In this document: positions 37,300 to 51,359 of the stretch, in pieces | Position numbering within the stretch: position 1 is the stretch's first letter | How the letters are laid out: every line of letters begins with the position of its first letter | Origin: Eledone cirrhosa | Lineage: Eukaryota | Length of the DNA stretch: 64,000 nucleotides | Assembly: GCA_964016885.1 (NCBI GenBank) | Contig: OZ024743.1 | Coordinates: forward strand, 172,236,001-172,300,000 | Reading direction: 5' to 3' | Notes under the pieces: model-generated | Told to the model about the DNA's origin: nothing | The model's database searches: none | Seen by the model: only the letters and a program-made list of their open reading frames with translations | Made by a program: the position numbers and the translations under genes

Positions 37300-38075
37300 A
37301 TAGGCAAACAAAACACACAAAACTGGCTCTGAAGCACTGGACTAAAAGCTGAGATGAAATGATTTATAATTGTAGCGCACGACCAGAGTCTACCTACCAG
37401 AAACTACAAGAAGTACATAATGAAACAAAACACAATAAGTAACTGTAGATATATGGAGATAGGGAAGAAACAATCAACCACATAGTCCCTGGATGCCCAG
37501 CTGTAGCAAAATAAGAATATATCCACAGGCATGATAGAGTTGGGACCTTCATGCACAGGAAATTATGACAGCATTATTAAAGACCAACAGAAAAAAAGAT
37601 AGTACAAACACACACCAGAAAATGTGTCAGAGAATGACAAAGCAACCATTCTCTGGGATATGCTAATACATATAGACAGAGAGATCAAGCTTAACCGATC
37701 AGACATTATAGTCAAAGACAAAGAAAAAATGTCTTCTAATAGATGTATTTATCCTCACAAACGACAATATATCTTCCAAGTAAATAGAGAAACTCTCCAA
37801 ACATAAATATCTAGAGATTGAAATAACTCGAATGTGGAAAAGGAAAACAGAAATAATACATATAATAATAGGTGCTCTAGTAATGATAAAAATACACACA
37901 CAGACAAATACATATTACTAGACACTGCACACATATTACGAAAAGTACTATCAATACAATAGAAACAATACCAGCAAACACTACACTGCTCATACCCAAG
38001 GCGCACAGAGTTGTGCTCGGTAAAGCAGTAATGATGCGCAATAAAAATAATAACGGAAATAATAATTATAATAAT
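37300..38075 (+). pseudogene. Old 5'-truncated R4/Dong element, family D
   Basis: Degenerate ETINHIV.GC, RHD, ILWDM.IH.DREIK.NRSDIIVKDK and TAHILRKVLS, with an AAT-rich tail. Confidence 0.75.
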
Positions 38076-38262
38076 AATTGTTTCTACTTTTGGCACAAGG
38101 CCGGCAATTACCCAGTATATTACTGGTATTTTATTTTATCGACTCCATAAGGATGGAAGGCAAATTTGACCTCGCCGGGATTTGAACTCAGAAGGGCAAG
38201 GGCCGTAACTCTGTGCGTTAAAGTATGGCGTCTGACCCTCTACCGATACTGCCACTCCACTC
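38076..38262 (-). mobile_element. tRNA-derived SINE (diverged)
   Basis: Same SINE consensus in reverse orientation. Confidence 0.88.
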
Positions 38263-38296
38263 CAGAAAATAAGACTAAAGTATATGTGTATATGTA

Positions 38297-38304
<8 letters not shown>

Positions 38305-38344
<40 letters not shown>

Positions 38345-38402
38345 TCTCTCTCTAACTCTCTCACTCTATCTATCCTTCTCTCTATCTCTCTCTCTCTCTT
38401 TC
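38305..38402 (+). repeat. (CT)n microsatellite
   Basis: Imperfect CT run. Confidence 0.9.
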
Positions 38403-38667
38403 TTTCGATATATATATTTAGAATGTTGAGAAGTGAGACACGAGTTGATATATATGATAGTAAAGAAGAAAAAATGTTAATGGGATTTTCTCATAGAATA
38501 ACAGCAAAACATTTATTTACAAAAAAGGAGTTTACCGTACCGGTTTCAGCAACGTGGGTTTCTTCATGCTACGGAAGTGTATAAAAACATTTATAATGGG
38601 ATTTATATTAATAAGAATATATTATAAAATAACATTACACATATATATATATATGCATATATATATG

Positions 38668-39512
38668 TTTGTTATAATTGGGGAGGGTCATATTGTTATA
38701 ATATTGTCAGAAATAATAACAGAACATACCCACTGTTTGGTTTGTGTTGGTTTTTGCTTCTATATCTTTTATATCTCCATAGTTAATTTATTTGATAATC
38801 AATGTTTATCATTGATTGACCAACGGTAAAAAATACAGATATAAATATATATATATAGTCTATCAAAGTTCTTTCGTCACACATCCGCGATATCATCAGT
38901 GGTACTATTATGTTTCCTCCCATTGTATTATAATGCCTACGCCATTTTTATTTTATTTATTTATGTCTTCTTGTCTCTGTTTCTGCGCATTTGCTTGTAT
39001 GTATGTTTGTCGTGTGTGTTCGCGTTGAGTGTATGTATTTTTGTTTTTGTATTCTATGTGTTTGTTGTTATTGTACTTGTGTTTATATTTATTGATTTAT
39101 TTATTTATATTTCCCTTAAGTCAGTATTGTTTGTTTGGGTATGGTTGTTGTTGTTATTCCATTCATTCTTTCTGTTCAACTTCGGACTTCTTAGTTCTAT
39201 TACTTCTCTGATTTGCCTACTTGTTGAGTCATTTCTATGCTTAAGATATTATTTTAATTTCTATGTTGTCTATATTACTGTCATGTCTGGCGTGTTCATG
39301 TTTTTGTCCTTATTGCCGCCTTTGTTGGTCTATTCTTTCTCCTATGCTTCGAGCTCTCTCACCTATGTATGTCGTTGTTATGTTTCTGCAAGTACCTTCT
39401 GTACATCTTATGCTATAGACTACATTTCTACTTTTACAATTTAACAGCTAGCGTGTTCTGTTATTATTTCTGGCAATATTATAATAATATGACCCTCCCC
39501 ACGTATAACAAT
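38668..39512 (-). mobile_element. 5'-truncated Penelope-like element (GIY-YIG end plus pseudo-LTR) with a short inverted pLTR
   Basis: Minus-strand CKSRNVVYSIRC..YIGERARSIGER..PKLNRKNEW. Segment 38668-38726 is inverted at 39453-39510. Hammerhead-like core at 38861-38905. Homologous to 52125-52965. Confidence 0.8.
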
Positions 39513-39576
39513 ATTTCTTTGACACACGATTTCATATCAGAAACCTTGCAAAACAGATATATATATATATATATAT

Positions 39577-41446
39577 ATAGGAAAAAGTATGACCCCGACG
39601 GCAGAGCTCAAGCCGTTTCGACGGCTATTTCTGGACCAGAAATAGCCGTCGAAACGGTTTGAACTCTGCCGTCGGGGTCATACTTTTTCCTATTTACCAC
39701 TCTACTATCCTAAGTATTGAGTACTCTGGTGCGTTATGGTCCATCTGGTTCCTTACCACAATTCCTTTGTTATATATATATATATATATATATATAAGTA
39801 TGTATACGTACATACATATATTTACATACATGCACATATACATATAAATGTACGTATGGATTTACCGAACATTTATTATAATGCTCAGTTTGTTTCTAAA
39901 CAAACATCCCGAATTAAGCTGTACAGTGTTTAGCAACCATCGTTGCCCTTTTGTTCAACACTGACAAAGGAACGATGTACAAGTTTCAAGCTTATTAGCT
40001 ATCGTCAGCACCGTATACCTTCCTGCCAGATGATTGAACGTCTGAAAGTATATACTTTCCTTATGCATATTAACGGCTGAGCAGCCTAATTTGCATATCG
40101 AGTGAGTTAATCGGCCGGGCGCACCGAAAACGATAAATGGAAAAAATGAAACGAAATTTCTTTTCTCACTCTCAGTACGGCTGTTACTTAAATATAAGTA
40201 TGTATACATACATACATATAAGTATACAGGCGCACAGTAGTATGTATATATATATATACATACATGCACACATATATATATATGTACGTATGGATTTACC
40301 GAACATTTATTATAATGCTCGGTTTGTTTGTAAACAAACATCCCGAATTAAGCCGCACCGTGTTTAGCAACCATCGTTGCCCTTTTGTTCAACACTGACA
40401 AAGGAACGATGTACTAGTTTCAAGCTTATTAGCTATCGTCAGCACCGTATACCTTCCTGTCAGAGTTCATCGTTCCTTTATCAGTGTTGAACAAAAGAGC
40501 AACGATGGTTGCTAAACAATGTACGGCTTAATTCGGGATGTTTGTTTACAAACAAACCAGGCATTATAATAAATGTTCGGTAAATCTATACGTACATATA
40601 TATATGTGTGCATGTATGTATATATATACATACTACTGTGAGTCTGTATACATATATGTATGTACGTATACATACTTATATTTAAGTAACAGCCGTACTG
40701 AGAAGGAGAAATGAAATTTCGTTTCATTTTTTCCGTTTATCGTTTTCGGTGCGCCCGGCCGATTAACTCACTCGATATGCAAATTAGGCTGCTCAGCCGT
40801 TAATATGCATAAGGAAAGTATATACTTTCAGACGTTCAATCACCTAGCAGGAAGGTATACGGTGCTGACGATAGCTAATAAGCCTGAAACTAGTACATCG
40901 TTCCTTTGTCAGTGTTGAACAAAAGGGCAACGGTGGTTGCTAAACACTGTACGGCTTAATTCGGGATGTTTGTTTACAAACAAACCGAGCATTATAATAA
41001 ATGTTCGGTAAATCTATACGTACATATATATGTGTGTGCATATATGTATATATATACATACTACTGTGCGTCTGTATACATATATGTATGTACGTATAGA
41101 TACTTATATTTAAGTAACAGCCGTACTGAGAGGGAGAAATGAAATTTCTTATCATTTTTTCCGTTTATATATATATATACGTACATACATGTGTATATAT
41201 ATATATATATATAACAAAGGAATTGTGGTAAGGAATGGACCATAACGCACCAGAGTATTCAATAATTAGGGTAGTAGAGTGGGAATAGGAAAAAGTATGA
41301 CCCCAGAGGCAGAGCTCAAGCCGTTTCGACGGCTATTTCTGGACTAAATTAGAATATTTTTTCTTTATACACCAGGCTAAAAATTCTAATTTAGTCCAGA
41401 AATAGCCGTTGAAACGGCTTGAGCTCTGCTGTCGGGGTCATACTTT
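39577..41446. repeat. Non-coding foldback element: long inverted arms with hairpin termini and internal duplications
   Basis: Hairpins at 39577-39693 (centre 39635) and 41285-41446. Segment 39636-40460 is mirrored by ~40470-41345. Flanked by (TA)n. Confidence 0.85.
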
Positions 41447-41451
41447 ATATA

Positions 41452-44400
41452 TAACAAAATAAGATGCTGAGGTTACATATATAGTTTAATCATAATAATT
41501 ATTTCCACGGTTCTCCATGCAATAGAGATGTCCTTCATGCATTTGCTGTTGATTATGAGAACGGTATCCTCAGAAGAAAATCGTTATGTTTGATATGTCA
41601 CTGGCAGGAAAAAACACACATCCTATTGCTTGTGTGCGCAGCATACATATGAGTTCATTGAAGGGCTTGCCAGCCGTCGTGTTTTCTAGAGAAAGCTATC
41701 AACGAAAAGAGACGAAAACAACGAAGAACTATGTGCCGCCAAAACCCAGTAGACAGTGAAAGCAATAAATGGAGCTCTGGGGGGGGGGGTTATATATTTT
41801 GTTGACAACCACCTATAGACAACAATTACAACAACAACAACAACAAAAACGACGACGACGACGACAACGACAACAACGATAATAACATCAAACCGCCGAC
41901 CAATGTCTTCCACACTGGTCGCAATAGTCGTGGTGATACTACCACCCTATTGACAACAACAACTAAAACAACAGCTACAATAAACACAACGACAACGACA
42001 GCAACAAACGACAACAAGAGACCAGCGTCGTGTACACAGGACGCAGTCGTCGCAGTGACGGTACTGCCCTGTCGACAATAAACAGCGTTAACGCCAAAGT
42101 AATAAAAAGGAGGTCAGAGGTAGGTGGGTACACAGAGTTGGTGGTATCAATGACCATGACCATAAATAGCAACAACAACAATGGTAACGGCAACAAGCAC
42201 CAACACCACCCATCACCCACCCCGTTCGTCGTAGTATTGGTGGTATCATCTATGTTAGTATTAAGCCATTGGTAACACCACCACCAACAACAACAACAAC
42301 ACCAGTGATGACCCCACCACAGCGACGGCGGGAACACGAAAAAGCCACGCTTCCATGAAAAATAAACTAACCACAATAGTAGTCCGTTGAAAACAAGGAA
42401 GTGAAAATGGGATAGAAACATAGATGGGTATTTTTTATATATAAACAAATACATTTACAGTTAATACAATCCTCTCTATCATTGTAAGGCCCAATTCAGT
42501 CCCAACTACAGTGGCAACAATACTATTAAAGGGGCTGTTAGGCTATGGAAGAGAGTTACGGGAAGCGAAAGTAGGGACAGGAACAAGCAAATAAGAAACG
42601 AGAACACATATAGAGAACACAATAATAAAAGAACGGGACAAAAATACATAAAAAACAGCAGTAGGTATATAAACAGAGGAATAAGGAAGAAAGGACAAGA
42701 AACATGTACACATAGAGACTCCAGGTGTGCAAACAAGATATCCAAGGTTCGTCTGACGCTGGGGTTGCTGCGTGCCGTGCCCGGCTTCCACGGACAAGTT
42801 TGCAATAGTCTTCAACTAGTACAACTACGTTGTTAGTCTGTACAGTTTGAAAAACGTTCCAGATGACCTGTGTAGGCAGGTACTGAAGAGGTTACTCCTT
42901 TTATTGATAACTTGAGCTCCCCTCTCGATTATTTCCATAATCTCGGTGACACACAAATCGCACGAGTCATGTACACCCCTTCGTAGGGTTGGGCCGAGGC
43001 TACCTTGGACCACGACAAGGTGAATTCTACGTTATCATGTTTGAGATGCCACACTAGTTCTGAGAGGGCGGTACTGTGTTTCTTATCAACCCTCTTAAAG
43101 GTGTGGCAGTGATTGTACCAGCGTTCCTTAAATTTAGTAGCTGTGGCTCCGGTATAGGTGGAGGTATGGTTGTTGGTATTCACCCTACATTCATATACCA
43201 AGCCACTGCCGAGGCACCTACCCTCCAGGAGGCAGTTACTGGGGTTTCTACAATTACGGCCCGGAGAGGTGTTGCCGCCTTGAGCTCCGGATCGCGTTGT
43301 ATGATTTCCCGGTCTTTCACGGTCCAAGATGTTACCAATAGAGGAAGAGGTATGTGCGTGGTGCGTCTCCTCACGGTTGCTGTTTCCCCTGGAGTTGCGG
43401 ACGTTTTTATAATCTACTGCGGTTCAAGGCTTATATATTTTGTGCTAGGTATCTAGTTGTGGAGTAGGACAATTTAATCGTGTGCCTGTTGAAGATGGCG
43501 TGGTACCGGTGTTGTTTATGGAAGTGCTTATCCAAAGCCCTGAAGAAAGAGGCCACTATGTTGTTGCGTAAACCGGCGCAGAGGGTGGGGGGGTAAACCA
43601 AATGACATTACGGGAACGGGTTCGCTTCTTGTTGTAGTCATCAGGCTCCGCACCTGTTCCGTCAGAGTATGTGTTGCGTATTCACTGTGGACGTCTGGAA
43701 GAGCCATGCCCCCCAATTCGTCGCTGCCCATTGGGTTGGTTAAGCCGATCGGAGCACCCCGAACTGAGTGGTCTCCATTCATAACGAGGGAGGCTGTTTG
43801 TACCTTCTACACTCACTCCCGGGCCCACACATGTCCCCCGCGGCTCCACTGCGTGGGCTTCCCTGCTTTCCAATGTAGCCGAGGTCTGGTCCCTTCCTAA
43901 TAAGCCATGGTTAGCAGTTCCTCCAGGATTACTCTATAGTGTGGTATCAGGGATGAGTAATGAAGTCCTAGTCGTGTTGGTCCCGTCGTTGTTTCCTTCC
44001 GATGTGTTACTGTCAGCGGTATTCATTAGACTGGGTATAAACTTAATTCCTTCCTTGTAACCTGCATTACTAAGGGTATTATTATAATAGCTAGCTACGC
44101 TATTGAAGTTTTCCTGGCTAGGTGACAAAGAAGAAATCCTACGGGATATGTTATTAACTATGGCACTCCTGATTGACCCGGGATGGTTGGAGTTGGCATT
44201 TAAGTACTTGAGGCACTCGTTCGGCTTGTGGTGCGGGTAGTAGAGGCAGGTTTCTATATTGATGGTAACATCCAGAAAGTTGACTATATTTCTATTATTT
44301 TCTATGTCTATACTGAGGCCTAGGTTTTTGAAAAATGTAATTAAGCTCTTTCTAGTCCTTGTTATCACGCTGTTGCTGTGGTCGAGTAGCATAAACAACG

Positions 44401-46118
44401 CATCGTCGCGGTATATTCCACCGCCTAACGATGGGATCTCGCTTTTCAGGTTCCTGAGGATGTAGAGGCCGACCAGGTCAGTAACCTGCGCCAAGGTGCT
44501 CGGTCCCGTCGTTATGTCAAAATTGTCCGGCCACTCTCTCCTTGTCCAGAGCTCCCCGTCGAAATCTATCAGTGATTTCCTGGCAGTATGAATGATGTTA
44601 ATTTCATCCGTCAGTATACCTGCGTGCAAACATAAGTGCCTTGTTAAGCACCACCGGGGAGATTGATGCATAATTATTACATATATCTAGCTGTATAAAA
44701 TGTGTCCTACCTTTGCACTGCAGTCCGTTAAACCACTCAATTACTTCCCCCGTTCTGGACCATTGCTGTAATTGGATCTTCTTTCTAAGGGTTGGTATGA
44801 TTCTGTCCAGTATTTTCTTGCTAATACACCCGATGTTAGACTTTGATGGTACTATAAGTCTGGCTGGGAGTTCCGTTCCGAAGTTCAGTTTGTGATCCTT
44901 TAGCAAGATACGGGGTACTTTGAGTTGGTAAGGTCCGGTCCTATCCGCAATGCTGAGTATTTTCACTATTCTATTAGTCCGCTCGTTAATGTCGTCAAGG
45001 TTAGCCTGTGTAGTTTTTCTGTAATTCTCTTAAGTTCCTTAAGTGTTAGTTTTCTATAAGTTGCTGCATCCAAGTTGTAGAGGTCACCCGTTTTATCCGC
45101 ATCAACGAGAATTCCGCCTGAGCATTTTAGTGCAGAGATCCTATTCGCTAGTTTCCTGAGGTGAGGCTGCTCTTTAGATGGGAACCTATTGAATTTGACG
45201 CCTGAAATAATATTGGCCATCTCTTTCTCAAAGCTCTCCATAAGTTTCTTTTGCGGTGGGTTTTTTCTAGATTTAAAACCGAACGCAGAGTCCGGGTTGC
45301 CAGTGTTCACATCATTCGTAGGGGTTTTCCTATCAAAGTGGAAGGCCTTCCACCGCATTCTGCTTACAAACGAATCTGTTTTAAAGATTAGCTGTCTGGT
45401 GTACTCCTTTTTGCTGGGTAAGCGAATGTCCTTCAGCGACTCGGAGATGTTAGAAGATTGCATCCTATTTTCAGCTGCTTATTCTCAAAGGGCTCAACAG
45501 TGCTGGAGCTGTATGTGTTCGGTAAAGATTGTTTTGGTAAAAACAGGAGTAAGCAGGAGAAAGTTCTCAACAATCGTTGTTTTTAGTTACGATGGAGAAT
45601 TTTATAAAAATAACAAAATAAGATGCTGAGGTTACATAAATCGTTTAATCAGTATAATTATTTCCACGATTCTCCATGCAATAGAGATGTCCTTCATGCA
45701 TTTGCTGTTGATTATGAGAACGGTATCCTCAGAAGAAAATCGATATGTTTGATATGTCGCTGACAGGAAAACACACGTCCTAATGCCTGTGTGCGCAGCA
45801 TACATATGAGTTCATTGAAGGGTTTGCCAGCCGTCGTGTTTGCTAGAGAAAGCTATCAGCGAAAAAAGACGAAAAGAACGAAGAACTGTGTGCCGCCAAA
45901 ACCAAGTATACAGTGGAAGCAATAAATGGAGCTCTGAGGGGAGGGGGGTTATATATTTTGTTGACAACCACCTATAGACAACAACTACAATAACAACAAC
46001 AACAACGACAACAACAATAACGACAATAACATCAAACCGCCGACCAATGTTGTCCACACTGGTCGCAATAGTTGTGGTGATACCATCACCCTATTGACAA
46101 CAACAACTAAAGCAACAG
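41452..46118 (-). mobile_element. Near full-length Penelope-like element (Nematis-like) with direct pseudo-LTRs; ORF disrupted (~45463-42830)
   Basis: Direct repeats at 41452-41975 and 45611-46118. Minus-strand RMRWKA, ADKT, PARLIVP, IYRDDAL, NFLDVT, SNHP, NVIWFTPP and LVYEC..YTGAT..FKERW.NH. TA-rich flanks. Confidence 0.88.
41494..41580 (-). ncRNA. Hammerhead-like motif in the pLTR (second copy at 45652-45740)
   Basis: CTGAGGA-TACCGTTCTC..GAGAACCGTG-GAAA with a long stem-II loop. Stems I and III are weak. Confidence 0.45.
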
Positions 46119-46295
46119 CTTTATATATATGTATGTATGTATATATATATATATATATACATACGTGGACGTGAACAACAATTATAATTGAGTGGCTGCT
46201 ATTTGCAGTATAGCAATATAAGGTAGCACTTACCAATGAAACGGTCGTAAATACCTGGATAAAATCCTTCTCTTAATGCTGTGTTTTCTCTTTTA

Positions 46296-46360
<65 letters not shown>

Positions 46361-46637
46361 AAGATTGGAATTAAGAGTATTCCGCAGTTCACTGTAATAA
46401 TAATAATAGTATTAGCTCAAAGAAGAATAGAGAATTTCCTTCTGAGCTCAAATGCAAGTATATATTAGACAAAGAGAAGTGTGTTACACAGTGAGATGTG
46501 TGTAAAGAATTATTACGAGTGTTTTTTCCGTTACTGTATTGAGAACAATATCTACAAGTTAGCAATTAAATAGAAAAAAAACAATTCAGAATCAAATCTC
46601 TGGATTAGAGTTTTAAATCACAAACCTTATAACTATA

Positions 46638-46713
46638 TTTTGCTGATACGAATCTCGCTTCGTTTCACCACCTATATGTGAAGTATCAGGTCACAGGATC
46701 CTCAGTCAGCAAA
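46638..46713 (-). ncRNA. Type I hammerhead ribozyme candidate
   Basis: Reverse complement reads TTTGCTGA-CTGAGGA-stem II-GAAA-CGAA(GCGAGA)TTCG-TA-TCAGCAAA, giving an 8-bp stem I, a full stem III and a GUA cleavage triplet. Confidence 0.7.
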
Positions 46714-46851
46714 TGCGAACACTGAACACTACACATCTAACCTCATCATGGATAGAGAGATTGCTAATAGATACGCTGCCCAGAGTAGGGCAAAATCACG
46801 TGTTATTTGCATCAAATAACGGCTCTCATGGATTGGGGAAGACGCTAAAAA

Positions 46852-46917
<66 letters not shown>

Positions 46918-47009
46918 GTATGTATATGTATATGTATATATATAAATATAATTCGTTTCTGAATTTGTTTAGCAAGATTCATTATCTGAAAACGTGTGTT
47001 TGAAACCGA

Positions 47010-47885
<876 letters not shown>

Positions 47886-48370
47886 GCTAAATATTTTTAT
47901 AACTGATATAAAGCACTCAACAAATTATTGGAGTAAATATACAATATATTAACAAATGGAAACTATATTTATAAAACCATATTTATTTCATTATACATAT
48001 TTCAAGGGCCACCAGAGCAAACTATGGCGCGCTTTCATCAGATAAAATATAATATAGGTTAGTTCTATAAATAAATATTGACATACCCTTAAAAAATGCA
48101 ACCATTCTGGTTGGAATTTCCTGGATAGTGGAGTTATTAGATTTATTGTTGGTTTATTATGCAAATTAGTGTTGGAAAGGTTTAAAACAGTATATTTAAA
48201 TTAAATCGTTGGAATAGGGAAAAAAGAAAAGAAAGAGAAAAAAAATGAAGGAAAGAAAGAAAGAGAGAAACCTGGGTATATTTTAGGGAGAGAGAATAGC
48301 GTAATTTTGAGAGAAGAGGCGAAGAAATAAATATAGAGTGGATGAATACCGTAAGATGGATGAATCAATA

Positions 48371-48750
48371 ATTGTTTCTACTTTTGGCACAAGGCCAGCA
48401 ATTACCCAGTACATTACTGGTACTTTATTTTATCGACCCCGTAAGGATGAAAGGCAAAGTTAACCTCGGCGGGATTTGAACTCAGATCATAAAGGGACGT
48501 AACTCTATGCTTCAAAGCATTGTGTCTGACTCTCTATCGATACTGCCAATCCTGAATCAATAATTGTTTCTACTTTTGGCACAAGGCCAGCAATTATCCA
48601 GTACATTACTGGTACTTTATTTTATCGACCCCATAAGGATGAAAGGCAAAGTTAACCTCGGCAGGATTTGAACTCAGAATGGCAAGGGCCGTAACTCTAT
48701 GCGTCAAAGCATGGCGTCCAACCCTCTACCGATACTGCCAATTCACCGCC
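48371..48750 (-). mobile_element. Two tandem SINE copies
   Basis: Units at 48371-48551 and 48561-48750, separated by repeated TGAATCAATAA target sequence. Confidence 0.9.
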
Positions 48751-49857
48751 CAATCCTGAATCAATAATACCAACTAATAACAGATACTAATAAAAAAAAA
48801 GTTAAGTTGAAGAATTTATCTAATGTTTAATTAATAATGTTTAATTAATAATTTTGATTAAATGTTTAATTAGTAATTTATCAATTCAATCCGTAGTTGA
48901 AATGTTTAAATGTGTATGTTATATTATATTATTATTAGAGAATATATATTATTAAAAATTATATTATTAAAGAATATATATTATTAAAAACAGTATATTT
49001 GAATTAAGCCGTTGGAATAGGGAAAAAACGAAAGAAAGAAAGAGAGAAACCTGAGTATATTTTAGTGAGAGAGAATAGCGTAATTTTGAGGGAGGAGGGG
49101 AAGAAAAAAAATATAGCGTGGATGAATACTAATAACAACCAATAACAGATACTAATAAAAATGGATAAAGCTAAGTTGAAAAATTTATCTAATGTTTAAT
49201 TAATTTGATTAAATGTTTAATTAATAATTTATCGATTCAATCCCTAGTTTAAATGTTTAAATGTGTATGTTATATTATTAAAGTTGAGACCTATATATTA
49301 TTATTAAAGAATATATATTATTAAAAATTATATTATTAAAAAACCAAATATAATTTTATTATTATTAATTAATAATTAAAAAAAAATTTTTAAGTTTAAA
49401 ATATTCGAATATTTCTAAGCTCATGGAATTTCTAAGAGTTTACCGAAGAATAATCACTTATATGTAATAGCAGTAGAGCGTAAAGGAAATTGCTAGCGAT
49501 CTAATAATAATTATTAAGATAGCTCTAAGGATTAAATAATATAAATTTAAATGTTATAAAGTTATGATGTTAAAAAAATTTTAATTATCCATCTTAATAG
49601 TGTAATTAGAGCATGAATTTTATGTTATTTTATATCAAGTTATAAATTCATTACTCAACTTGTTATACAGTTATGACCGTTAAAAACATAATTTTTTTCT
49701 ATAACGTGTTAACATTTAAAAATTCAGTCATTGGAATATATCCAAAGCATAAACCATAAAAAAATCGTTCACAAGAGCACATCCGTAGAATATATTTAAA
49801 GTATAAATTTCATATGTATATATAAACACTTTGATATATACATACACACACATACAC

Positions 49858-49931
<74 letters not shown>

Positions 49932-50251
49932 AGCATTTGAAAAAATATATACATAATATATTCAATAAAAAATATGAAATATTAATTGTAATTTAAATTA
50001 TGAATTATGAATTCCTCGTACCCATCATAGGAATTTTCAGAAAAAACCTCTCTTCAAATCTTTCAGTGCATTTATCAAGAAGAGTTCCTCAAGAAAAAAT
50101 CCTTTCAAGATAGTTACAAGCAATCATGTGAAGGAATCCAATTAATTATCGATAGGTTTAATAAAGATGAGTTATGTATTACAATTTATATATATATTTA
50201 AACGTTGAGTTCAATGTATGTTTGCAACAACTGAAAAGATTGCTTCTTAAA

Positions 50252-50956
50252 TTAACTTTTTAATATAAAGAATATTTCCTCTATACAAAGAGCGCAATTT
50301 TCAGAAGAAGCATTGAATGGGGGAGCTTTAGAGATAATATTCCAAAGTAAAGAATAGTTAGTGTTCTTTGATTTTAGGTCCCACAGTAAATTAGTTAGAG
50401 AAGTTGAAGATTTTTTATTTATATTCGTAAAAGAGCATTTATGGTTATTAAAACGCGCCTTAAAATCTGTGAAGGTAGATCCTACATAATTAAATGAATT
50501 TAAATTAGTTTTTACATTACAATTATATACTATATTTTTAACTAACCAATTATTATTTAACGGACAGTTAGATTTATTTCTACAGTTAGATTTATCAAAA
50601 TTTGAATTTCTATGTGCCGTATTATTCAATTGGATATTGCTGGGGTTATTAATGGGGTTATTATTCTGGTTAGGTTTTAAGTTTCTATTATTAATTCTAT
50701 TAATATTCTGCGCTAAATTACTGGTGGTTGAATAAGTTAATTTTATAGTATCTCTATTAAATATTGAGTAATACCTATGTGTTCTAGGGAAGCATTTATC
50801 AAGAGCTTTAAAGAATAATTTAGCGATAGGAGTTTTATTACTTAATGAGAAAGGAGGAGCAAACCATAATATATTCCTAGTTCTATTTCTTTTTTTGTTT
50901 TCCGAATTATTGTAAGGTTTTCTATTATAGTTGTTAAAATTATAGTTATTTGTCAT
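50252..50956 (-). pseudogene. Penelope-like GIY-YIG endonuclease region
   Basis: 234-aa fragment with the VY..YVG motif and Cys-rich linker. Confidence 0.85.
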
Positions 50957-51359
50957 AATATTACTATCAATGTATTTAATTTTATTGCTATATCCAGCTC
51001 TACCTAACGCTTCGTTATAATATTGCGCTTTATCTTCAAAAATATTCTTATTAGCTGAAATTCAAGAAATACGTTGCCTATTCCAACGGCTTAATTTAAA
51101 TATACTGTTTTTAATAATATATATTCTTTAATAATATAATTTTTAATAATATATATTCTCTAATAATAATATAATATAACATACACATTTAAACATTTAA
51201 ACTACGGATTGAATTGATAAATTATTAATTAAACATTTAATCAAAATTATTAATTAAACATTATTAATTAAACATTAGATAAATTCTTCAACTTAACTTT
51301 TTTTTTATTAGTATCTGTTATTAGTTGGTATTATGATTTATCCATTGATTTATCCATGA

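Noticed and set aside
1-38075. Telomere-maintaining retrotransposon array
   Set aside because: There are no TTAGGG-type repeats and no evidence of a chromosome end. The array is interrupted by other TEs and continues into ordinary repeat DNA.
38899-39444. 181-aa hydrophobic 'membrane protein' ORF (also 52052-52552, 56206-56652)
   Set aside because: These are antisense or off-frame readings of A-rich Penelope sequence.
40020-40062. Hammerhead-like CAGATGA..GAAAGTATATACTTTC in the foldback element
   Set aside because: The core is non-canonical, is not conserved in the mirror copy (TAGGTGA), and stem II does not pair.
42800-42825. Possible hammerhead just after the Penelope ORF (TTGAAGA..CAAAC, minus)
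   Set aside because: Both core boxes deviate from consensus, so support is insufficient.
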